Source: an uncultured Syntrophaceae bacterium
GTDB lineage: Bacteria; Desulfobacterota; Syntrophia; Syntrophales; UBA2210
Length of the DNA stretch: 64,000 nucleotides
Assembly (NCBI GenBank): GCA_964540715.1
Contig: CAZINZ010000003.1
Location: forward strand, 6,751 to 70,750
Direction: 5' to 3'
Shown: piece after piece, positions 54,809 to 62,349 of the stretch
Numbering within the stretch: position 1 is the first letter of the stretch
Layout: every line of letters starts with the position of its first letter
The notes under the pieces: generated by a model
What the model was told of the DNA's origin: nothing
Databases searched by the model: none
The model's input: only the letters and a program-made list of their open reading frames with translations
Program-made: the position numbers and the translations under genes

Positions 54809-55990
54809 TTAATTAAAAAGTCCCCCCTTTTCGAACTCATCAATATCTCCGTCGGCATAACCCAGTTCGCGAAGAATCTCTTTCGTATGAGTGCCAGCGG
54901 GCACACCGGCTTTCCCATATTCCCGGGGTGTCCCGGAAAATTTTATTGGACTGGCAAGCTGGCGCATCTTCCCCCCCAAGGGAAGGTCAAGCTCCACTAC
55001 CATATTCCGCTTCTTCGTATGAGGATCATTCAACGCCTCGGAGAGTGAAAGCACCGGCTCTACGCAAGCATCCGTGTTATTAAATATGTCCATCCATTCA
55101 CCTCTTGTCTTCGTCAGGATAATATCCCTGACTTCCTGTTTCACCTCTTCGAGATTTTGAGGCACCACACCTGACTCGATCAGGTCGGGCCGACCGATTG
55201 CCTCGCAGAAGGCGGCAAAAAACTGCGGTTCAATGCCACCGAAGCTTATATATTCTCTGTCCTTCGTCTCGTAAAAATCGTACAGGGACCCGCCATTCAG
55301 TAAAAAACTTTCCCGTCCGGGTTCTTCGTTATCTACAAGATAAGCGCCCCCCATCATCGCATTGAAGGCAATCGCTCCATCGGTCATGGAAATATCGATA
55401 TATTGCCCCTTCCCGGTTTCTTTCCTGTAAACTACAGCGGCAAGGATACCTATGATCGAGTTGTATGACCCTGACGCAACGTCGGCAATCTGCATTCCCA
55501 TAAGGCTCGGTCCGCCATTTTTCTTTCCGGAATAGGACATCAACCCCGAACGCGCGAGATAATTGATATCATGCCCCGCCTTCCCGCTCAGGGGACTGTC
55601 CTGCCCGTATCCGGTAATGGAACAGTAAATGATGTCGGGTTTTATCTTTTTGAGGGTTTCATAGTCGAGGCCAAATTTCGCCATGACACCGGGACGAAAC
55701 TGCTCTATCAGGACATCATAATCGGAAATGAGTTGACGAACGATCTGAACAGCGCGGGGGTCCTTGAGATTCAAGGTCATACTGCGCTTGCCCCGCTGCA
55801 TATAGGGTACGGTAAATGAGATATCTGTGCCGGCAAGAAAGGGGGGCGCAAATGCCGCCAGATCAGGCCGGGATCCTGAAGTAACGCGCAGTACATCTGC
55901 CCCGAGGTCGGTAAGATTCATTGTGGCGAACGGTCCCGGAAGCAGTGTCGTAAAATCAAGAATTTTCAACCCTTTTAGCGGCCCTGACAT
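54809..55990 (-). CDS. Alpha-methylacyl-CoA racemase-like enzyme (family III CoA-transferase fold, CaiB/BaiF)
   Basis: 393 aa. LKILDFTTLLPGPFATMNLTDLGADVLRV...GKRSMTLNLK...EQFRPGVM...GYGQDSPLSGKAGHDINYLARSG closely follows the AMACR/MCR signature (AGHDINYLA). Confidence 0.78.
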   Translation of the reverse strand: MSGPLKGLKILDFTTLLPGPFATMNLTDLGADVLRVTSGSRPDLAAFAPPFLAGTDISFTVPYMQRGKRSMTLNLKDPRAVQIVRQLISDYDVLIEQFRPGVMAKFGLDYETLKKIKPDIIYCSITGYGQDSPLSGKAGHDINYLARSGLMSYSGKKNGGPSLMGMQIADVASGSYNSIIGILAAVVYRKETGKGQYIDISMTDGAIAFNAMMGGAYLVDNEEPGRESFLLNGGSLYDFYETKDREYISFGGIEPQFFAAFCEAIGRPDLIESGVVPQNLEEVKQEVRDIILTKTRGEWMDIFNNTDACVEPVLSLSEALNDPHTKKRNMVVELDLPLGGKMRQLASPIKFSGTPREYGKAGVPAGTHTKEILRELGYADGDIDEFEKGGLFN

Positions 55991-56045
55991 TCTATCTTCC
56001 CCCTTTTATCATATCGATGATATTTCTATCATACAAAAAGTTTCC

Positions 56046-57188
56046 TTATAAGCCCATGAACTTGGCCGCAATTCCCCTCATTATTTCATTGGTACCAGCG
56101 AATATCCGCGTAACTCTTATATCTCTCCAGGCGCGGGCAATGGGATACTCTTCACAGTAACCATAGCCACCGTAAAGCTGGAGGCAACGGTCGGCAACGC
56201 GATTGGCCATCTCTGTGGTCCAGTACTTCGCCATGGAAACTTCCACCACCACGTTTTTCCCCTCCATATGATCCACGACCAGCTTGTCGACAAAAGTTCT
56301 TCCCAGCTTTATTTCAGTCGCCATCTCCACAATTTCAAACTGACTGTGTTGAAACTTTGAAACAGGCTTGCCAAAAACGGTGCGCTCCTTACAGTAATCG
56401 ATGGTAATGTCGAGCATGTACTCCGCCGCAACAACAGCGCCGATACACACCATAAGGCGTTCCTGCTGCAACTTCTCCATGAGCTGCACGAACCCCGCAC
56501 CTTTCTCGCCGAGACGATTCGCGATGGGAACGCGACAGTCGGTAAAGTAGAGTTCCGCCGTGTCCTGACTGTGCCAGCCGATTTTTTTTATCTGTTTTGC
56601 GTTTTCAAAACCGGGAGTCCCTTCTTCAACGACATAGAGATTAAGGGCACTGTACGCGCTCTTTTCCTTCGGATCTCGCGCTGCAACAATACAGATTCCG
56701 CAGTTGATACCGTTACTGATAAATGTCTTCTGCCCATTGATAATAACATCATCACCGTCTTCTACCGCTGTGGTCTTTATCGCGGCCAGGTCGCTCCCCG
56801 TGTTAGGCTCAGTCATGGCAACTGCGCTAATGATATCGCCTGATATACATCCTGGGAGATATTTTTTCTTCAGTTCCTCAGAGCCGAAGGCAGTGATATA
56901 GGGAACGACAACATCACTGTGAAGGGCGGTAGAGAGTCCGGAATGGTTGGTTCGGGTCATCTCTTCAGTCATAATAACAGAGTAAAGAAAATCGGCGCCG
57001 AGTCCGCCATACTCCTCCGACACGTCCATACACAGGAAACCCTGATCACCCAGTTTCTTCCAGGCGCTTTTGGGGGTAATGCCCGCTTCTTCCCATTCTT
57101 CTATATAGGGAACAACCTCTTTTTCGAGATATCTCCGTACACTCTCTCTGAATATCCTATGTTCCTCAGAATATTGGATGATTTCCAT
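56046..57188 (-). CDS. Acyl-CoA dehydrogenase (classical ~380 aa), tandem paralogue 1
   Basis: 380 aa with AVAMTEPNTGSDLA, GYGYCEEYPIARAWRDIRV and a catalytic Glu context (IFAGTNEI). Confidence 0.93.
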   Translation of the reverse strand: MEIIQYSEEHRIFRESVRRYLEKEVVPYIEEWEEAGITPKSAWKKLGDQGFLCMDVSEEYGGLGADFLYSVIMTEEMTRTNHSGLSTALHSDVVVPYITAFGSEELKKKYLPGCISGDIISAVAMTEPNTGSDLAAIKTTAVEDGDDVIINGQKTFISNGINCGICIVAARDPKEKSAYSALNLYVVEEGTPGFENAKQIKKIGWHSQDTAELYFTDCRVPIANRLGEKGAGFVQLMEKLQQERLMVCIGAVVAAEYMLDITIDYCKERTVFGKPVSKFQHSQFEIVEMATEIKLGRTFVDKLVVDHMEGKNVVVEVSMAKYWTTEMANRVADRCLQLYGGYGYCEEYPIARAWRDIRVTRIFAGTNEIMRGIAAKFMGL

Positions 57189-57235
57189 TAATTGTCTCCT
57201 CCTTTTGTTATGTTAAGCATAAACCACATCTGGAA

Positions 57236-57340
57236 GGGTTAAGGTTTAAGGTCTGAGATTCAGGGGTCAACTGTGAACCATTTTTAACCGGTAACTGTGA
57301 ACCGTGAACCGTCTTTAATCTTCGACCCCTTGAACCCTTC
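57236..57340 (+). repeat. 105-nt heptamer-periodic element (15 consecutive 7-mers), homologous to 31945-32070
   Basis: gggttaa ggtttaa ggtctga gattcag gggtcaa ctgtgaa ccatttt taaccgg taactgt gaaccgt gaaccgt ... It lies in the spacer between the two ACAD paralogues. Confidence 0.9.
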
Positions 57341-57376
57341 TGATATTAATTATGGAACGGTATGAGACTACTAACC

Positions 57377-58519
57377 TTATAAGCCCATAAACTTGGCCGC
57401 AATTCCCTTCATGACTTCATTGCTTCCCGCAAATATACGCGAAACTCTGATATCCCGCCAGGCACGGGCAATAGGATACTCTTCGCAATAGCCATAGCCT
57501 CCGAAGAGCTGGAGACAACGGTCGGCAACTCTATTGGCCATCTCCGTGGTCCAGTATTTCGCCATGGAAACTTCCACTACCACGTTTTTCCCCTCAATAT
57601 GATCCACGATCAGTTTGTCCTTAAAGGTTCTTCCCAGCTTTATTTCCGTTGCCATCTCCACGATCTCGAATTGACTGTGTTGAAACTTTGAAACAGGCTT
57701 GCCAAAAACACTGCGTTCCTTACAGTAGTCGATGGTAATATCAAGCATGTATTCCGCCGCGGAAACGGCGCTGATAGCCACCATAAGGCGTTCCTGCTGC
57801 AACTTTTCCATGAGATGCACGAAACCCGTGCCTTTTGCGCCAAGGCGGTTTGCAATGGGAACTCGACAGTCCGTAAAATAGAGCTCCGCTGTGTCCTGGC
57901 TGTGCAATCCGATTTTTTTGATCTGTTTTCCCTTTTCAAAGCCGGGAGTACCTTCTTCAACAGCGTAGAGGTCAATGGCATTATAGGGATTTTCCACCTT
58001 CGGGTCCCGGGCTGCAACAATACAGATTCCGCAGTTGATACCGTTACTGATAAAGGTCTTCTGACCGTTTATAATAACATCATCACCGTCTTCCACCGCT
58101 GTGGCCTTTATCGCGGCCAAGTCGCTCCCCGTGTTAGGTTCAGTCATGGCAACGGCGGAGATAATATCGCCTGATATACACCCCGGGAGATATTTTTTCT
58201 TCAGTTCCTCAGAGCCGTAAGCGGTAATATAAGGAACTACAATATCACTATGGAGGAAAGCGCAAAATCCCCCGTGATTCGTCCTCATCATTTCTTCAGT
58301 CATAATAACAGAGTAAAGAAAATCGGCGCCGAGTCCGCCATACTCCTCCGACACGTCCATACACAGGAAACCCTGATCACCTAACTTTTTCCATGCACTC
58401 CTGGGCACAATACCAGACTCTTCCCACTCTTCCACATGCGGAATAACCTCTTTTTCGAGATATTTTCTCACACTCTCCCTGAATATCCTGTGCTCCTCAG
58501 AATATTGGATGATTTCCAT
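57377..58519 (-). CDS. Acyl-CoA dehydrogenase (classical ~380 aa), tandem paralogue 2
   Basis: 380 aa. It is roughly 85-90% identical by eye to 56046-57188, with long stretches of identical DNA. Confidence 0.93.
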   Translation of the reverse strand: MEIIQYSEEHRIFRESVRKYLEKEVIPHVEEWEESGIVPRSAWKKLGDQGFLCMDVSEEYGGLGADFLYSVIMTEEMMRTNHGGFCAFLHSDIVVPYITAYGSEELKKKYLPGCISGDIISAVAMTEPNTGSDLAAIKATAVEDGDDVIINGQKTFISNGINCGICIVAARDPKVENPYNAIDLYAVEEGTPGFEKGKQIKKIGLHSQDTAELYFTDCRVPIANRLGAKGTGFVHLMEKLQQERLMVAISAVSAAEYMLDITIDYCKERSVFGKPVSKFQHSQFEIVEMATEIKLGRTFKDKLIVDHIEGKNVVVEVSMAKYWTTEMANRVADRCLQLFGGYGYCEEYPIARAWRDIRVSRIFAGSNEVMKGIAAKFMGL

Positions 58520-58547
58520 TAATTAACTCCCCCTTCTTTTCATTCCG

Positions 58548-59186
58548 CTATCTTGCCTTTCCCTCATTTTGGGCGAAGGGAGGGATATAAATAAACTTCA
58601 AAGTCTCTTTAACCATGGTGATATATTCTTTCTTCCGGAGATTGACCATCGGCATAAAGAAATTCGCACCGGATATAAAGCCATATATCGAATTCATAAT
58701 AGTCAGGATCTCCAGCATTGAACGGGATGAGGCTGATTTTCCGTCTCTGCTGAGCCCCATAGAGCGCACGATATCAGAAATGGCTTCCGGAACTATGAAA
58801 TCGAGGCCTTCCCTGTCTCGAGTACGACCGAAATAGCGAAACAAGATAAGATTTGGTATCTCGGGATGGCCGAACAGATAATCTGTCAACTGGTCGATGG
58901 ATATCGCAACTCTCTCCCCGAGAGAGCGGCCACGTATTGCTTTTTCCACCCGTCTGAGTTTCTGCCTGAGATCATGGTTGATATCCAGTATAACGGCCTC
59001 ATAAAGGTCCTTCTTACCCCCCCAGTGGTAGTGGAGTGTGGAAACATCAATTCCGACCTCCGTGGCAATCATCCTTGTGGTTGTGCCGTGAAAGCCATAT
59101 TCACCAAATATCCTGCGTGCCGCAGTTAAAATTCTTGCCTTCATGGACTCAGGGGCTCTGCGGGCCTTATCCAGCGGGGTCTCCAT
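58548..59186 (-). CDS. TetR/AcrR family transcriptional regulator
   Basis: 212 aa with the TetR HTH sequence ILTAARRIFGEYGFHGTTTRMIATEVGIDVSTLHYHW. Confidence 0.9.
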   Translation of the reverse strand: METPLDKARRAPESMKARILTAARRIFGEYGFHGTTTRMIATEVGIDVSTLHYHWGGKKDLYEAVILDINHDLRQKLRRVEKAIRGRSLGERVAISIDQLTDYLFGHPEIPNLILFRYFGRTRDREGLDFIVPEAISDIVRSMGLSRDGKSASSRSMLEILTIMNSIYGFISGANFFMPMVNLRKKEYITMVKETLKFIYIPPFAQNEGKAR

Positions 59187-59205
59187 GATTTATTATGCCT
59201 TTAAT

Positions 59206-59235
59206 AACGGGCCGGGCGAAAACGCCCGGCCCGTT
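59206..59235 (-). terminator. Perfect 13-bp stem / 4-nt loop hairpin (aacgggccgggcg aaaa cgcccggcccgtt) after the SDR gene
   Basis: Read directly from the sequence. It lies 19 nt downstream of the SDR stop and is followed on the minus strand by ttattaaagg. It may also overlap the tetR promoter/operator. Confidence 0.6.
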
Positions 59236-59253
59236 TATCCCATAAACAGCTCT

Positions 59254-60162
59254 TTAGCTCAGCAACGGGCCCAGCTCACCGAACATATCAAAAACCTGAT
59301 TAAAAAATTTCGGATTTTCGAGGCTCGTGATCTTTTCCCAGTTTTCCATAATCTCCTCGGGAGTGGGAATTTTATCACCATCCGAGAGTACCGCGCCCGG
59401 ACCGGTCATTATCGCGCTTCTGCTGAAATAACCGAGAGCTGCATTGATCATAACTCCGGAGTCCTCACACTGCTCTGAACACAGGTAGAGTATCAGAGGA
59501 GAGATTAATTCCGGTTTTAATTTGGCAAAAAGGTCGGGCGGCAGAACATCTTCCGTAAGCCGTGAAGCGGCAACAGGAATCAGGACATTGGTCTTGATAT
59601 TGTACTTGGCTCCCTCAAGCTTCAACACATTGGTAAGCCCGGCAATACCCGCCTTGGCCGCAGAGTAATTCGCCTGACCAAAGTTACCGAACAGACCGGC
59701 ACCAGAAGTCGTCATCACGATTCTTCCATATCCGTTTTCACGCATATTGATAAAGGCCGGTTTCGTAACACAGTAAGCCCCCTTCAAATGAACCCCCACA
59801 ACGGCATCCCAGTTCTCCTCTTCCAGTTTATGAAAGGCACTGTCTCTCAGAATGCCGGCGTTATTCACGAGGATATCGACCTTGCCGAATGCGTCGATGG
59901 CTGTCTGGACTATACCCTTTCCCCCTTCAACAGTCGCCACATTGTCATAGTTCGGTACCGCTTCACCGCCGAGGGCCTTTATCTCTTCAACCACTTTATC
60001 CGCCGCCGCGTCACTCGACCCGACTCCGTCCCTTGTACCGCCAAGGTCGTTTACTACCACCTTCGCCCCCCTCTTCGCGAATTCAAGGGCATGGCTTCGT
60101 CCAAGGCCGGCGCCAGCGCCGGTCACAATAGCAACTCTGCCTGTAAAATCAATCTTCGACAT
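59254..60162 (-). CDS. Short-chain dehydrogenase/reductase resembling the (3R)-hydroxyacyl-CoA dehydrogenase domain of MFE-2
   Basis: 302 aa. VAIVTGAGAGLGRSHALEFAKRGAKVVVNDLGG...VDILVNNAGILRD...YSAAKAG is the MFE-2/HSD17B4-type pattern, including the C-terminal extension. Confidence 0.8.
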   Translation of the reverse strand: MSKIDFTGRVAIVTGAGAGLGRSHALEFAKRGAKVVVNDLGGTRDGVGSSDAAADKVVEEIKALGGEAVPNYDNVATVEGGKGIVQTAIDAFGKVDILVNNAGILRDSAFHKLEEENWDAVVGVHLKGAYCVTKPAFINMRENGYGRIVMTTSGAGLFGNFGQANYSAAKAGIAGLTNVLKLEGAKYNIKTNVLIPVAASRLTEDVLPPDLFAKLKPELISPLILYLCSEQCEDSGVMINAALGYFSRSAIMTGPGAVLSDGDKIPTPEEIMENWEKITSLENPKFFNQVFDMFGELGPLLS

Positions 60163-60213
60163 ACTCAGATCCTCCTTTATCGTTTTTATTTAAATGGGTC
60201 TGATCTATTTTTT

Positions 60214-60651
60214 CTATTTGATTGGGAGAGACGCCTCGAAATGACCAGTTATCTTGACGTCACCATTCTCATCCTTTGCAATCACCTCGCAGGAAACAAT
60301 GTTTTCCCCGTCCTCAGCACGCTTATCCGTCACGGCACCGCTGACGGTAATTGTGCTGTTTTTTTGAGTCATACCGGCAAACCGAACACCGAATTTTTTC
60401 AGATACTTCTGAGGAAACCAAGCCGTAATTGCCTGACCGACAATGCCCATAACCAGCATACCATGCGATATAACACCGTTTTTCATACCCACCGCCATGG
60501 CAAACTCATCGTCATTATGAAGAGGGTTAAAGTCACCGGACGCCCCTGCATACATAACGAATTGAAGCTTCTGGAGAGGGCCCTTTACCAGCTCGGGCAT
60601 GACGTCGCCCACATTGACGTCTTCAAAATACATTTGCTCTGCCATCATCAA
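60214..60651 (-). CDS. MaoC-like (R)-specific enoyl-CoA hydratase, C-terminal-type hot-dog subunit
   Basis: 145 aa with YAGASGDFNPLHNDDEFA (hydratase-2 motif context). Confidence 0.85.
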   Translation of the reverse strand: MMMAEQMYFEDVNVGDVMPELVKGPLQKLQFVMYAGASGDFNPLHNDDEFAMAVGMKNGVISHGMLVMGIVGQAITAWFPQKYLKKFGVRFAGMTQKNSTITVSGAVTDKRAEDGENIVSCEVIAKDENGDVKITGHFEASLPIK

Positions 60652-60656
60652 CCCCC

Positions 60657-61106
60657 CTATTTTCTTTCAATGAGCAGCGATCTGGCTTTTGCAACCTTTT
60701 CGCCTCTCTGATTTGTATAGAGTACTTCCATGGAAATCAGATCCATCTTGGAACCGGATTTGCTGGTTTTCTCTTCCATCTTCGTTATCTTCGGGGTACC
60801 GGTAATCACGTCCCCGGGATACATCAGCTGATAGTATTCGTACTCTTCCTCACCATGGAGCACCATCATAAAATTGATCTTCAGGTCGCCAATAATAGCG
60901 GGCATCTGATCACACCACATCATGGGAACGGTTAAAAACGTCGGCGTAGCCGGGATATCTTTGTAGCCTGCCTGTATCGCGGCATCCTTGTCGAGATAGA
61001 CCGGGTTAGGATCTCCTATTGCCTTCGCCATTTCCCTTATCTTGCCTCTTTCCACCTCCCACGTAATGGGAGCATACTCTACACCGGTTTTTGATAAATC
61101 AGCCAT
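60657..61106 (-). CDS. MaoC_dehydrat_N-type hot-dog subunit (partner of the preceding hydratase)
   Basis: 149 aa with ITWEVERGKIREMAKAIGDPNPVY. There is a 5-nt gap to the next gene, giving a heteromeric hydratase layout like ChsH1/ChsH2 or HadAB. Confidence 0.8.
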   Translation of the reverse strand: MADLSKTGVEYAPITWEVERGKIREMAKAIGDPNPVYLDKDAAIQAGYKDIPATPTFLTVPMMWCDQMPAIIGDLKINFMMVLHGEEEYEYYQLMYPGDVITGTPKITKMEEKTSKSGSKMDLISMEVLYTNQRGEKVAKARSLLIERK

Positions 61107-61139
61107 AAGGTTACCTCCTTTTTTAAAGGTTTCTACATC

Positions 61140-62348
61140 TTACCCATCATATTTTCCGATAATGCCTATACTGCAGACATTCAGCATCGGAAATCCACCG
61201 AGATTATGGGTCAGTCCAAACTTCGGATCTTTCAGTTGCCGGTCGCCAGCCCTTCCGTGAAGCTGCAGATACATTTCGTAGAGCATGCGAAGTCCCGATG
61301 CACCGATGGGATGACCAAAACATTTCAGGCCACCGTCGACCTGGCAGGGAATCTTGCCGTCCATATCGTAGAAACCGTCCATAATATCCTTGGGCGCCTG
61401 ACCACGCTCGGAGATGTGCAGGTCTTCCATGGTAACCAGCTCCGTAATGGAGAAACAGTCATGAACTTCCATCATGCTGATCTCTTCCCTTGGATTGGTA
61501 ATGCCCGCCTCTTTGTAGGCTTCGGTACTTGCCTTGGTCGTTGTCACAAAATGGGCACCATCCCAGTCACTGTATCCCATCTCGGTCCCGTTACTGAGTG
61601 ACAACTGGAGGGCCTTTACCGATACCAGATCTTTTTTGCCCAGGGACTTGGCTATTTCAGGGGTTGTTACGATGGCAGCGGCGGAACCGTCGCTGACACC
61701 ACAACAGTCAAAGAGTCCCAGGGGATATGCAATTTGCGGTGAATTGAGTACCTGCTCCTCTGTCACGGCTTTTCTCAGATGTGCCTTCGGATTCAGGACT
61801 CCATTCGCATGACTCTTCACCGATACATGCGCCATGGCCCTTTTGACATCACTCATATCAAGACCGTATTTCGCGGCATAGCCCGTGGCCAGCATGGCAA
61901 AGCATCCCGGTGCCGTCGCATTCGGAAAGTATAAATAGTTTCTCGTCCCCATGGCGCTGCTGAACTCGGGCAGACCGCCATATCCGATGTCTTTTAGTTT
62001 TTCTACACCGATGGCAAGAGCGATATCACAAGCGCCGGAGGCCACTGCGTACACCGCACCCCGAAAGGCCTCCGTACCACTGGCACAAAAGTTTTCCACG
62101 CGGGTCACCGCGATGTTGGGAAGGCGCAACGCAAGCGATGCAGGAAGGGCACTCTTTCCTACATCCACCTCATCGAAACAGGATCCCAGCCATGCGGCCC
62201 CAATCTGTTTTCTTTCGATTCCCGCGTCTGCGAGACACTCTTCGAAAGCTTCAACCATCAACTCTTCGGGACCGTCATTCCATCGTTCACCGAATTTCGA
62301 ACATCCCATGCCTATAATAGCTACTTTATCTCGAATTCCTGTTGCCAT
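61140..62348 (-). CDS. SCP-x / nonspecific lipid-transfer-protein-type thiolase
   Basis: The start is set at MATGIRDKVAIIGMG, preceded by GGAGGAGG. Motifs include NFCASGTEAF (active-site Cys), EVHDCFS and GHPIGASG. Confidence 0.88.
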   Translation of the reverse strand: MATGIRDKVAIIGMGCSKFGERWNDGPEELMVEAFEECLADAGIERKQIGAAWLGSCFDEVDVGKSALPASLALRLPNIAVTRVENFCASGTEAFRGAVYAVASGACDIALAIGVEKLKDIGYGGLPEFSSAMGTRNYLYFPNATAPGCFAMLATGYAAKYGLDMSDVKRAMAHVSVKSHANGVLNPKAHLRKAVTEEQVLNSPQIAYPLGLFDCCGVSDGSAAAIVTTPEIAKSLGKKDLVSVKALQLSLSNGTEMGYSDWDGAHFVTTTKASTEAYKEAGITNPREEISMMEVHDCFSITELVTMEDLHISERGQAPKDIMDGFYDMDGKIPCQVDGGLKCFGHPIGASGLRMLYEMYLQLHGRAGDRQLKDPKFGLTHNLGGFPMLNVCSIGIIGKYDG

Positions 62349-62349
62349 G

